A DNA stretch of 64,000 nt from Clostridium sp. (GTDB taxonomy: Bacteria > Bacillota > Clostridia > Clostridiales > Clostridiaceae), in the NCBI RefSeq assembly GCF_036781005.1, contig NZ_DAIQBT010000012.1:3047-67046 (forward strand), written 5' to 3'. The notes beneath the pieces are model-generated. The model saw nothing but the letters and a program-made list of their open reading frames with translations, was not told the origin of the DNA and made no database searches. Within the stretch, counting starts at the first letter, position 1; each line of letters opens with the position of its first letter. Made by a program: the position numbers and the translations under genes. This document shows, piece by piece, positions 9,484-18,552 of the stretch.

Positions 9484-10542
9484 ATGAAAAATTTTATTAA
9501 AAGTAAAAAAGGAATATTTTTATGTGTAATAATTCTTTTGGCTTTTGCATCGGTAATTTTTGCAAGGCTTATTTTTTGGAAATCTGATTACAGTTCTCCT
9601 GAATATAAATTTTCAGCGCAACTTTTTAGTAAGGTAGTTAAGGCACAAAGTGAAGGAAGCACAGTAGAACTTACCAAAAATGAAATAAATCAAATAATAG
9701 CCCTTTATTTTAAAGAGTATAGAAAAGGGAATCTGGTTGTAAAATCAGTAGAAGGAGATATTCAAGGTAAAACTTTTGCCTTTTATGTGCCTGTAACTTA
9801 CGGTAAATTTAATATATTTATGAATTCCCGGGGAAGTATGTCTTTAAATAATGGCAAACTGAAATATACACCGGAGTATTTTAAAGCAGGGAAGATTACT
9901 CTGCCAAAATCATATATTCTGAAAAAGTTAAGTTCAAAGGTTAAAGATGAGGTGGATATTGAAGGAGACTCCATAATAGTTAACATTAAGGAATTTCTCC
10001 CACAGGTTAAAGCCGTGGCTGTAAAGGATGGAAAGCTTTTTGTTACCATGGAGAAAAAGGAATTTAAGATTGAAGATATGTTAAAGGGAAAGTTAAGTTC
10101 TATAAGAAATCTTATAAAAAATTCTTCTGATGTAAAGGAGTCAGGTTCCTATACTAAAAACAATAGTGGAAGTGGTGTTTCTAAATCAGATGAAAATAAT
10201 ACGGGGAAAAATGATGAAGTTAAAAATAATACCAGTGAATCTAGTTTGGTTTCCTCTGAAAAACAAAAATCACTTGATAATGTAATCAGTGGACTAAATT
10301 CAGCTTCATCATCTGTAAGTACTAGTGCACAAAAAGCAGTAATATCTAAGATGATATCTGTGGCAGGAAATATGAAGGATTCCTCTTACAATCCATATTC
10401 CGAAGAAAGCAGTGTCAAGGCAGCATACGGGCAGTTGTCCCAGGCTGAAAAGGCAGAATTAAAGGCAGCTTTATTTTCAAATGTGGATTCTTCAGAAGTG
10501 GATATATTGGAAGGCATGATAGGAGGTGGCAAAACAAACTGA
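9484..10542 (+). CDS. Hypothetical membrane-anchored protein with Ser/Asn-rich linker
   Basis: N-terminal TM helix; RBS AGGAG; low-complexity linker then helical C-terminus. Confidence 0.7.
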   Translation: MKNFIKSKKGIFLCVIILLAFASVIFARLIFWKSDYSSPEYKFSAQLFSKVVKAQSEGSTVELTKNEINQIIALYFKEYRKGNLVVKSVEGDIQGKTFAFYVPVTYGKFNIFMNSRGSMSLNNGKLKYTPEYFKAGKITLPKSYILKKLSSKVKDEVDIEGDSIIVNIKEFLPQVKAVAVKDGKLFVTMEKKEFKIEDMLKGKLSSIRNLIKNSSDVKESGSYTKNNSGSGVSKSDENNTGKNDEVKNNTSESSLVSSEKQKSLDNVISGLNSASSSVSTSAQKAVISKMISVAGNMKDSSYNPYSEESSVKAAYGQLSQAEKAELKAALFSNVDSSEVDILEGMIGGGKTN

Positions 10543-10813
10543 AATAAAAAATTCCAAACTTTTAACTTCAGGAGCAATATGTCCAAGTTCTTCAGAACTT
10601 ATACGTTCTCAAAAATGGTAAAAGTGATAAAGCTAGTTTTTCAAGAAAGAAAAAATACATAAAAATTTGTTTATTGCCCTCTGGACGTAGGTTCAGGGGG
10701 CTGAATTTTTGGCCTATTTAAAACTAAAATATAAGTTTATATTTTGTTTACATATTTGGAATGCAATTTTTTCAAAAAGTGCATATATACTGTTTGAAAG
10801 GAGATGAATTTAT

Positions 10814-11038
10814 ATGGCTGCTAATGCAACTTTAATGGAAACTTCTATAGTATTAAGTTATAAGGATGGATTAGATGATAAAGGAAAAGATATAATCAAA
10901 AAACAGACTTTTTCAAATATAAAAATAACCGCATCATCCCAGGATATTTATGATGCAGTTGAAAAAATAGAAATTCTTCTTGGAAAGACCATAGAGGAAA
11001 TTGTAAGAAAAGATGAAAGTGTTGTAACAAACGCTTAG
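10814..11038 (+). CDS. DUF1659-family protein
   Basis: 74 aa, YKDGLDDKGKDIIKKQTFSNIK..QDIYDA pattern; RBS GAAAGGAG. Confidence 0.8.
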   Translation: MAANATLMETSIVLSYKDGLDDKGKDIIKKQTFSNIKITASSQDIYDAVEKIEILLGKTIEEIVRKDESVVTNA

Positions 11039-11040
11039 TC

Positions 11041-11119
11041 AATTTACAGTTCACAATTAAAAATTCACAATGTAATTGTTCATCGAGAATTATAAATTGT
11101 GAACTGTGAATTATAAATT
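11041..11119. repeat. Heptamer-built hairpin repeat, family 1 copy D
   Basis: AATTTAC AGTTCAC AATTAAA AATTCAC .. AATT GTGAACT GTGAATT ATAAATT. Confidence 0.75.
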
Positions 11120-11139
11120 GAAAAAAGGGTGTGAAAAAT

Positions 11140-11358
11140 ATGACAAGAGTATTGACTATGACTTTTTTAACAGAGGAAGGGAAAAAAGTTTCTGTAAGAG
11201 TTTCAAATGTGAAAGAAACTTTAACAGGACAGGAAGTAAAGACTGCCATGGAAACAATTATTGCAAAAAATATATTTACTTCAAAAAGTGGAGATTTTAA
11301 ATCTATAGATTCAGCTAATATGGAAGAAAGTTCAACTACAGAGCTTGAAGTAAAGTAA
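11140..11358 (+). CDS. DUF2922-family protein
   Basis: LTMTFLTEEGKKVSV..V..LT..EVKTAMETII.KNIF..G. Confidence 0.85.
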   Translation: MTRVLTMTFLTEEGKKVSVRVSNVKETLTGQEVKTAMETIIAKNIFTSKSGDFKSIDSANMEESSTTELEVK

Positions 11359-11387
11359 AATTTTGATGTTATTTAAGGAGAATAGTT

Positions 11388-12038
11388 ATGATATGTAATT
11401 TGGAAAAGGAGGCTTTAATAGACAGGCATCCCAAAATCCAAAAATATGAAAACTATAATTCGCAGAAAATATTTGAATTAAACTCGCTGCTTGAAAAAGC
11501 ACAAAATGGGGATATTTCTTCAATAAAGGAAATATGTATAAGGTTTAATGGAATGATTGCAAATATATGCAGAAGCTTTTATATAAATGGGTACACCATG
11601 GAAGATATGATGCAAGAAGGCAGAATAGTGCTTATGAAAGCTATTGATAGTTATGATTTAAGTTCAGAGTATCCCTTTCCTTCTTATGCAAGTAAAGCAG
11701 TTTTAAAAAATTTCTATTATAAAATAAGAAGCAGTACAAAGAAAGTAAGGTGCTGTAGTATTTATAGTCGTAATGCAGAGGGAAATGAACTCATAGAGAT
11801 TATAGCATCTCGGGAAAATATTGAAGAAAATTTCCTGGAAAATCAGTGGAAAACCCAGTTGAGGAGTGCTGTAAAAAAACTTTCAGGGGAAGAGAAAAAA
11901 ATAATATTTTGGTGTTATATAGAAAATAAAAGTTTAAAAGAATATGCAAAAGAAAAAAATATAACCTACAGCAGGGTGGTATACAGGAAGAAAAGAGCAC
12001 TTTATAAGTTGAAAAAATATTTGGAGGATTATATGTAG
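11388..12038 (+). CDS. Alternative sigma-70-family factor (regions 2 and 4)
   Basis: AQNGD..EDMMQEGRIVLMKAIDSYD..FPSYA; C-terminal HTH KSLKEYAKEKNIT..RKKRALYKLK. Confidence 0.85.
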   Translation: MICNLEKEALIDRHPKIQKYENYNSQKIFELNSLLEKAQNGDISSIKEICIRFNGMIANICRSFYINGYTMEDMMQEGRIVLMKAIDSYDLSSEYPFPSYASKAVLKNFYYKIRSSTKKVRCCSIYSRNAEGNELIEIIASRENIEENFLENQWKTQLRSAVKKLSGEEKKIIFWCYIENKSLKEYAKEKNITYSRVVYRKKRALYKLKKYLEDYM

Positions 12039-12614
12039 TTTTAATATTAAAAGTTAAATAGAGTTTTGGATTTTCCACAAAATTATTGTATGCAGAGGTA
12101 TTTGAAATTTTTCATACCTCTGTATTTTACATAGCTTGATTTTTATTGTATTCATCCAAGTGTATATACACTGAAGAAAGAAATACATTATCTTTGTGCC
12201 CAAATTTTGCTGTGTCACCGTATTTTTGTGATACATACAAGATTGAAGGCAAGCCTGAGCCTATAATGCCTATTATCATTGCTACTAAAATCTTTAATCT
12301 AGGTGCTGTTAAAAAAATCATAGATTCTAGTCTTTTTTCCAGTTCTATGATAATATATTCTTGAGTATTAAACATACTTGTTAACTGCCTTCCTATCGAT
12401 ATTGATTGCAATTATATTTTATAGGATTTTAAGGCGGTTTTTTATACAATTGTGTCCTCTAAATGTTTTATACATTTAAGGATAAATTGTGGCCTTCACT
12501 GAAAGAGAGTGAGTTTGATTTCTAATTTACGTAAGACAGGTATAGTTTATATTGAATATAAAAATAAAATTATTTTATTAATATCATAAATTTATAGGAA
12601 ATGGAGATAAGCAA

Positions 12615-14000
12615 ATGAAAGTAATTATACTGGCAGGAGGAAATGGCACCAGACTATGGCCCTTAAGTAGGGGTAGCTATCCCAAACAATTTATAAAACT
12701 GCAGGATGATAAACCTTCATTATTTCAACAAACATTTAAAAGAAGTTTATTATTATCATGTTTAAATGATATATATATAGTTACTAATAAAAAATACAAA
12801 TTTTTAGTTGTAGGTGAAATTAAAGAATTAGGCTATGAGTATGATGAATCTAATATTATTATTGAACCTGAAGCTAAGAATACTCTACCGGCAATTTATG
12901 CAGGTGTCCATGAAATAACTAAAAAGGGAACAGATTCTGTAGTGGTCTTTCCGTCAGACCATATGATTTTAAAAGAAAAGGAATTTTGTGATATTATTAA
13001 AGATTCAGAGATATTTACCAAAGATTCAATTATAACCTTTGGCATTAAGCCGGATGGCCCCAATACTGGATATGGTTATATAGCACCTGGTGCTGGAAAG
13101 TTAAATGCTTATAAAGTTAAAGAATTCAAGGAAAAACCGGGGCATGAAGTTGCAGTTACATATGTTAATGATGGATACTTTTGGAATAGCGGTATATTTA
13201 TGTTTAATACTGAACTTTTTATAAATGAAGTAAAATTGTATGCTAAAAATATCTACCATGCTTTTGAAAGCAGTAATAAAATTGAAGAATCCTTTAGCAA
13301 AATAGATGAAGATATTTCAATGGATTATGGTATTATGGAAAAAAGTAAAAATGTTGTTGTAGTACCTGTGGATATCGGCTGGAGTGATCTTGGAAGTTTT
13401 GATGCTATCTGTAATATTTCTGATAAAGATGAAGATGATAATATAGTTGATTCTCATAATATAGTAATTGATTCAAGGAATAACTACATATACTCAGAAA
13501 AAGATAAGATAGTGTCAACTATAGGGGTAAATGATTTAATTGTAGTAGACAATAGAGATGCCCTGTTAATATGTAAAAAAGACCAATCACAAAAAGTAAA
13601 AAAAGTTGTGGAAACTTTAAAAGAAAGAAATGACAGTAGAGTCAATTATCATGTCCAGGATTATAGACTCTGGGGATATTATAAAGTCCTGGAAGAAGAT
13701 AAAAATTCTTTTAAGATTAAGAGAATAGAAGTAGGTCAGGGAAAAAAGCTAAGTTATCAATTACATTACCACCGCAGTGAACACTGGATTATTGTTAAAG
13801 GTATGGCTAAGGTAACAATTGATGATATTGAGAAATTTGTGCCTGCAGGAGAAAGTATTTTTATAAAACCCGGACAAAAACATAGACTGGAAAACCCGGG
13901 CAGAATACCTCTAGAAATTATAGAGGTACAGATGGGTGATTATCTGGAGGAAGATGATATTGTAAGATTTGATGATGATATGGAAGAGAATAAAAAGTAA
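12615..14000 (+). CDS. manC: Mannose-1-phosphate guanylyltransferase/mannose-6-phosphate isomerase
   Basis: ILAGGNGTRLWPLSR..PKQF, FKEKP, WNSGIF, GWSDLGS; cupin LSYQLHYHRSEHW. Confidence 0.95.
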   Translation: MKVIILAGGNGTRLWPLSRGSYPKQFIKLQDDKPSLFQQTFKRSLLLSCLNDIYIVTNKKYKFLVVGEIKELGYEYDESNIIIEPEAKNTLPAIYAGVHEITKKGTDSVVVFPSDHMILKEKEFCDIIKDSEIFTKDSIITFGIKPDGPNTGYGYIAPGAGKLNAYKVKEFKEKPGHEVAVTYVNDGYFWNSGIFMFNTELFINEVKLYAKNIYHAFESSNKIEESFSKIDEDISMDYGIMEKSKNVVVVPVDIGWSDLGSFDAICNISDKDEDDNIVDSHNIVIDSRNNYIYSEKDKIVSTIGVNDLIVVDNRDALLICKKDQSQKVKKVVETLKERNDSRVNYHVQDYRLWGYYKVLEEDKNSFKIKRIEVGQGKKLSYQLHYHRSEHWIIVKGMAKVTIDDIEKFVPAGESIFIKPGQKHRLENPGRIPLEIIEVQMGDYLEEDDIVRFDDDMEENKK

Positions 14001-14011
14001 AGTAGAATATT

Positions 14012-14485
14012 ATGAGGTTAAATAAAATGTATAAAATTTTATCATGTATATTTATTGTTATCTGGATGGGACTTATTTTTAAGCTCTCATCCCAACCCGC
14101 AGTACAGTCTGGCCAGTTAAGCGGAAAGGTAACAAATATTAATATAAAAGCAATTGAAAAAGTTAAGCCTGATACCAAATTTAATACAGGAGAATTTAAT
14201 CATATAATAAGGAAAAATGCCCATTTTTTTATCTATTTGATTCTAGGAATATTGACTATAAATGCTTTAAAAACAAATGGTATAAAAGGATACAGGTGTG
14301 TAATTTTTACACTATTTATCTGTATTCTTTATGCTTCAAGTGATGAAATACATCAAATTTTTGTACCGGGCAGGAGTGCTCAGGTTAAGGATGTTTTCAT
14401 TGACAGTGCTGGGGTTGGTGCAGGGATTTTAGTGTATTTGGCTATTAAAAAACTCAGAAAAAGTTTTTTGCAGAATCTATCGTAG
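14012..14485 (+). CDS. VanZ-family membrane protein
   Basis: WMGLIFKLSSQP, RKNAHFFIY, SDEIHQIFVPGR..DVFID. Confidence 0.9.
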   Translation: MRLNKMYKILSCIFIVIWMGLIFKLSSQPAVQSGQLSGKVTNINIKAIEKVKPDTKFNTGEFNHIIRKNAHFFIYLILGILTINALKTNGIKGYRCVIFTLFICILYASSDEIHQIFVPGRSAQVKDVFIDSAGVGAGILVYLAIKKLRKSFLQNLS

Positions 14486-14682
14486 TATATGAGTAAATTG
14501 TGAATAAAAAATAACGAAATTATAGTGGAGACAATGAAGTTGTTTATGTACTCTTGGAATTTCAATCCTCTCTGATGGGTAAATTATAAACCCTTAAGTC
14601 TACTTCAGGTCAATACTTTTTTAAAAAAAGAAAAAATCGGTGACAAGGTAGCTTCGCACTATCCAAACCGGCTTCAGATTTC

Positions 14683-14781
14683 CTATTCAACTTCAATCTT
14701 AGTACCATCCAACAAAGTCACAATGACCTTCTCTCCGTCAAACACCATCATCTTCTCCACTATTCTAAAAAATAAATCCAT
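14683..14781 (-). pseudogene. C-terminal remnant of a large serine recombinase
   Basis: Manual translation MDLFFRIVEKMMVFDGEKVIVTLLDGTKIEVE* resembles the tail of phage/ICE serine recombinases; followed by a stem-loop and T run. Confidence 0.6.
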
Positions 14782-14784
14782 AAA

Positions 14785-15489
14785 TTATATATTTGAAGCA
14801 CTACCTTTATCTATAATATTTTTTATAAATTGAAGCAATTTTGAAACATAATGACCAACGCAGACAAACAGCCCCATGATTGCCAGCTGATCGGCGAAAA
14901 ACAAACTCAGAGGTTCATCAAAATCAAAGAATACAAACTGAGTTTTAAGCAGCATATAAGAACCATTCTTCCGCTGCAAAAATGCATATATTCCATAAGC
15001 GGCAAGCAAAATAGCTATTATACGCAGAAAAACAGTACGAATGCGGGAAGTCTCCTTTATACCCGTAATCTTTTTTGCAATGCCCATCAGCATACCCCAA
15101 TGAAGACCCAAATGTATTGACATCAGAGCAAATCCCCAATAGGAAGCAAGCAAATGAATTGTTCTTGCAAAAGATATACCACTACTTATATGAAGGAACA
15201 TGAACACATACCGGGATATCATGATTCCACTAACCATAAGGCAAATCATAATTACAAAAATTAGAATATTGATAACTGTTCCTATGATTCGAATGCCAGA
15301 ATACCGCCCTTTCAAAAGATTTTGATGCCATCTGTAATTTAAAATATTGTGGATGATGAATAAGATAAACATAGAAATTCCCACCCACTCATGGGCTACT
15401 TCACTAACCAGTGAATATGCCATGAGTACAGGCAGCATAACGGTCATTGATAAATCTACAATAATTTGCAATATCTTTTTCGGCATCAT
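14785..15489 (-). CDS. DUF4405 membrane protein, predicted di-heme b cytochrome
   Basis: About 6 TM helices; two His-x13-His pairs (HEWVGISMFILFIIH, HLLASYWGFALMSIH). Confidence 0.8.
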   Translation of the reverse strand: MMPKKILQIIVDLSMTVMLPVLMAYSLVSEVAHEWVGISMFILFIIHNILNYRWHQNLLKGRYSGIRIIGTVINILIFVIMICLMVSGIMISRYVFMFLHISSGISFARTIHLLASYWGFALMSIHLGLHWGMLMGIAKKITGIKETSRIRTVFLRIIAILLAAYGIYAFLQRKNGSYMLLKTQFVFFDFDEPLSLFFADQLAIMGLFVCVGHYVSKLLQFIKNIIDKGSASNI

Positions 15490-15511
15490 TTCACCTGCTC
15501 CTTTTATTCGA

Positions 15512-16225
15512 CTATTTAATAAATCCTAGTTTAGACAATCTGTTTTTCACATCATCCGCCGTATTATTAGGAAGATCTTCACTTATTGCAAGTCCTTCTA
15601 AAATTGTGGCTTTTGGTTCCAGCTTGCTGATAGTCTCAATGGTATTTGAGAAGCCGCTGCCACCGCTGGTACAGAATGGTACAATGGTTTTTCCTGATAA
15701 ATCATATTCATCAAGAAAACTGTAAACAGCCATAGGCATATCGTACCACCAATTAGGATAGACAAGGATTACCACATCATAGGAACCCATATTCCTCACA
15801 TGTGTTGCTAACTTTGGTCGGGCATTGGCATCATGTTCCTCCTTACCCTCACGATCAATCACACTATGATCAGAAATTAACTTATCAGACTTTAATTTAT
15901 CTGTTCTCTGAATAAAGAACAAATCGCTACCTACTACATCCTTTTGGATCGTTTTTGCAACAATCTCGGTATTGCCCTGAACACCGTCCTTCGTAATATT
16001 CAGACTAGCAGAAGAAACTGTATCCACCTTCTTAGGAAGATCAGTATTGCCAACACGGGAGAAATACACAACCAGAATTTTGTGTGAACCTGCTGAGATT
16101 CGAGCTGAACCATTAGATGTCCCAACCACATCAGAAGATGTATTCGTCTCGGTATTTTTTCTACTACTACAAGCAGTGAGAGAAAGTACCACAAGTAAAA
16201 GTAACAAGATAGTTCGTTTTTTCAT
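15512..16225 (-). CDS. Lipoprotein flavodoxin
   Basis: Lipobox LTAC; ILVVYFSRVGNT, YPNWWYDMP, PFCTSGGSG; ATG after AAAGGAG. Confidence 0.85.
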   Translation of the reverse strand: MKKRTILLLLLVVLSLTACSSRKNTETNTSSDVVGTSNGSARISAGSHKILVVYFSRVGNTDLPKKVDTVSSASLNITKDGVQGNTEIVAKTIQKDVVGSDLFFIQRTDKLKSDKLISDHSVIDREGKEEHDANARPKLATHVRNMGSYDVVILVYPNWWYDMPMAVYSFLDEYDLSGKTIVPFCTSGGSGFSNTIETISKLEPKATILEGLAISEDLPNNTADDVKNRLSKLGFIK

Positions 16226-16334
16226 TATTATAATCACTCCTTTCGCTTCGTTCAAAGTACAAAATGTAATGAATTATACTACTCTGAACAAATTTTTTTA
16301 TTATTACTAAGTAATTTTCTCTCTTAATAATTTT

Positions 16335-16365
16335 AGCATAGAGTATAAAGTTAACTTTATGTCAA
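16335..16365 (-). promoter_or_regulatory. MerR-type promoter with 19-bp spacer and operator palindrome
   Basis: Minus strand TTGACA-N19-TATGCT with perfect palindrome ATAAAGTTAACTTTAT (16345-16360). Confidence 0.8.
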
Positions 16366-16587
16366 TACCTTATGTTAAAAAAATTAAAGTTTTTAAGCTC
16401 AATTTTTCATTTTCTTCAAAATTTCAGTGTAACGTATTAATAATTTACTAAAAATCAATTATAGCAAATCCTGCTGAAAATCCGAAGAAATTCTTTCATA
16501 GGACGACTTACATATTTATTCTAATGTGAAGCAACTAAAACACCAAAATAATTGCCAAAAGGAGATGAAAATTCAACAGAATCATGA

Positions 16588-16767
16588 CTACAAATATCAT
16601 TAAGTATACACAATTCTGGAGATATTAAGGCAGGTCTTTCAGCACATGCTTTAATAGATCTTAATACAAATGAAGGAGTTATAGTTCCTACATCAGCTGT
16701 TGTTCAAAATAAAGGACATAATTATGTGATTGTAATAAATTCACATTATAGAAATGTGTATGGATGA
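16588..16767 (+). pseudogene. Internal fragment of an efflux membrane-fusion (HlyD-type adaptor) gene
   Basis: Manual translation ..ISLSIHNSGDIKAGLSAHALIDLNTNEGVIVPTSAVVQNKGHNYVIV..; no start codon. Confidence 0.5.
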
Positions 16768-16858
16768 TAGCTGTTTATAATCATGATATCATTGATAATA
16801 GTCCCCCGAAAAGTTATAATTGAATTATAAAAATTAAATGGGTTTCAAAGAGGGCAGG

Positions 16859-17044
16859 ATGAATATAAAAAAAGATATAAATAACATTCATGATAAAAGT
16901 TATAAAGATTTATTTTCAAATAAAGAAGTGTTTATAAATTTAATTCAGAATTTTGTAAAAACTCCATGGGAAAGTAAGTTAAAAGAAGAGAATTTGGAAC
17001 TTGTGAATAAATCATATATACTATTTGACTATGAAGAGTTATAA
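16859..17044 (+). pseudogene. N-terminal stub of Rpn/YhgA-like nuclease (putative transposase family)
   Basis: NNIHDKSYKDLFSNKEVF..LELVNKSYIL is the Rpn N-terminus; stops at about 61 aa, before the catalytic residues. Confidence 0.75.
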
Positions 17045-17080
17045 AATGTGTTAACCGTTAATAGAGAGGAGGTCTTTTAA

Positions 17081-17482
17081 ATGAATCAATTCAAAGACGT
17101 AAGATGGAGACAAAGATTTGTGAATTTCCAGCGATCATATAAATTATTAAGTAAATATATTAATGAACCTCTTGAAACAGAATTAGAGCGTGCTGGTATT
17201 ATACAGTTTTTTGAGATTTCCTTTGAACTATCCTGGAAATTGATGAAGGATTATCTGGAATCACAGGAGTTATATACAAAAAGTCCTAGGGAAACAATCA
17301 AACAAGCTTATCAAATGGGGTTAATTGATGACGGGCACATTTGGATAGATGCTCTTTCAGATAGAAATTTGACTGTACATACTTATGATGATAGACTGGC
17401 AGAAAAAATGGTTAAGGATATAGTGAGGATTTATTTTCCTGAACTAAAAAAACTTTATAAAAAGTTGATTAAGGAGCTTTAA
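17081..17482 (+). CDS. HEPN-domain protein (HI0074 family), probable toxin
   Basis: DVRWRQRF, GIIQFFEISFELSWK, R-x4-H-x-Y motif RNLTVHTY. Confidence 0.88.
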   Translation: MNQFKDVRWRQRFVNFQRSYKLLSKYINEPLETELERAGIIQFFEISFELSWKLMKDYLESQELYTKSPRETIKQAYQMGLIDDGHIWIDALSDRNLTVHTYDDRLAEKMVKDIVRIYFPELKKLYKKLIKEL

Positions 17483-17483
17483 A

Positions 17484-17792
17484 ATGTTTGGATTATTGGA
17501 GCGAGATTTAAAATATATACTTAAGGCTGTTAAAAAATATTCCGAAATAGAGGAAGTGATTATTTTCGGCAGCAGGGCTATGGGTAATTATAAAAAAGGC
17601 TCTGATGTTGACATAGCATTAAAGGGTAAATATGTAAATAGAAAGGTAGTTTGCAGACTCAGTGATGACTTAAATGAAGAGTATCCGCTGCCTTATTTTT
17701 TTGATGTGGTAAATTATAATGATGTTTCAAATGAGGAACTTAAAAGACATATTGACAATGTAGGAAAAACTATTTATAAAAGGGAAGATTAA
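17484..17792 (+). CDS. Minimal nucleotidyltransferase (MNT), probable antitoxin
   Basis: FGSRAMGNYKKGSDVD = GS-x10-DxD; 1 nt after the HEPN stop. Confidence 0.9.
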   Translation: MFGLLERDLKYILKAVKKYSEIEEVIIFGSRAMGNYKKGSDVDIALKGKYVNRKVVCRLSDDLNEEYPLPYFFDVVNYNDVSNEELKRHIDNVGKTIYKRED

Positions 17793-18552
17793 GTAGTAAG
17801 TTTATATAGTTCAATTTAAATATCCCAAGGTATTCATGTAGAGCGATTCCAATAGTACTAAAACTATCATAGGAAGGAATAAATGACTTAAAGTCTATAA
17901 TTACATGAGTATTGGTAAAATAGTCAGTAGGGTAGGGGATAATTTCTTTTATACCTGCATTTGAAAAATTTATTATTGAACGTTTCATATGAAAAGCTGA
18001 TGTTACTATTATAGGTTTTGAAAAGTGGTATTTATTTAGAATTTTGGAGACAAATTCTGCATTTTCTGTTGTAGTCTGGCTGTTATTTTCTATTATTATA
18101 TCGTTTTTGGAAACATTTAAATCCAGTAACTGCCTTCTGGCGATTTCAGATTCTATACCAGTTGTTTCATAAACTTTACCACCGGATAGAATTATAGGCA
18201 GTTTTGTTTTATTATATATACGCAGTGTGGTTAGTAAACGACTGGATGCAGAACTAGAAAGACCTCCAGTGCCGCTAAAGTCCGGGGAATCCAGTGTAGC
18301 ACCCCCACCCAGCATGATAATTACATCCCCATCTAGTTTCTGAGGAGGAATAAAAGTATATTCTAGTGAGTGAATTGCCCAATTTGCGGTAAAGGGAATT
18401 GAAACAATATAAATAAGAAATGCTATTGATATTGTTAATTTTGGAATTTTCTTTTGAGATTTATATTGAATCAGGGCTGAAATCACCAGAATAACGATAA
18501 AGCAGCCTGGAGGAAGAATCAAGTTAGTTATAAATTTAATAAAATATATCAC
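17770..18552 (-). CDS. YdcF/DUF218-family membrane protein
   Basis: DVIIMLGGG, IILSGG, ENNSQTTTENA, VTSAFHMKRS, ALHEYLG. Confidence 0.9.
   Translation of the reverse strand: MIYFIKFITNLILPPGCFIVILVISALIQYKSQKKIPKLTISIAFLIYIVSIPFTANWAIHSLEYTFIPPQKLDGDVIIMLGGGATLDSPDFSGTGGLSSSASSRLLTTLRIYNKTKLPIILSGGKVYETTGIESEIARRQLLDLNVSKNDIIIENNSQTTTENAEFVSKILNKYHFSKPIIVTSAFHMKRSIINFSNAGIKEIIPYPTDYFTNTHVIIDFKSFIPSYDSFSTIGIALHEYLGIFKLNYINLLLNLPFYK

Noticed and set aside
561..11119. CRISPR array
   Set aside because: Repeats are dispersed inverted heptamer arms, not direct repeats with unique spacers; no cas genes
10896..11300. ORFs 10896..11249(-) and 11106..11300(+)
   Set aside because: Overlap real DUF1659/DUF2922 genes; the FIIHSSQF text is translation of the heptamer repeat
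14012..14485. Glycopeptide resistance gene
   Set aside because: VanZ-family genes are common beside polysaccharide loci; no vanHAX or vanRS
16460..16510. c-di-GMP-I or c-di-AMP riboswitch (GCAAA..GAAA..GGAC)
   Set aside because: Second conserved GCAAA and following stem are absent
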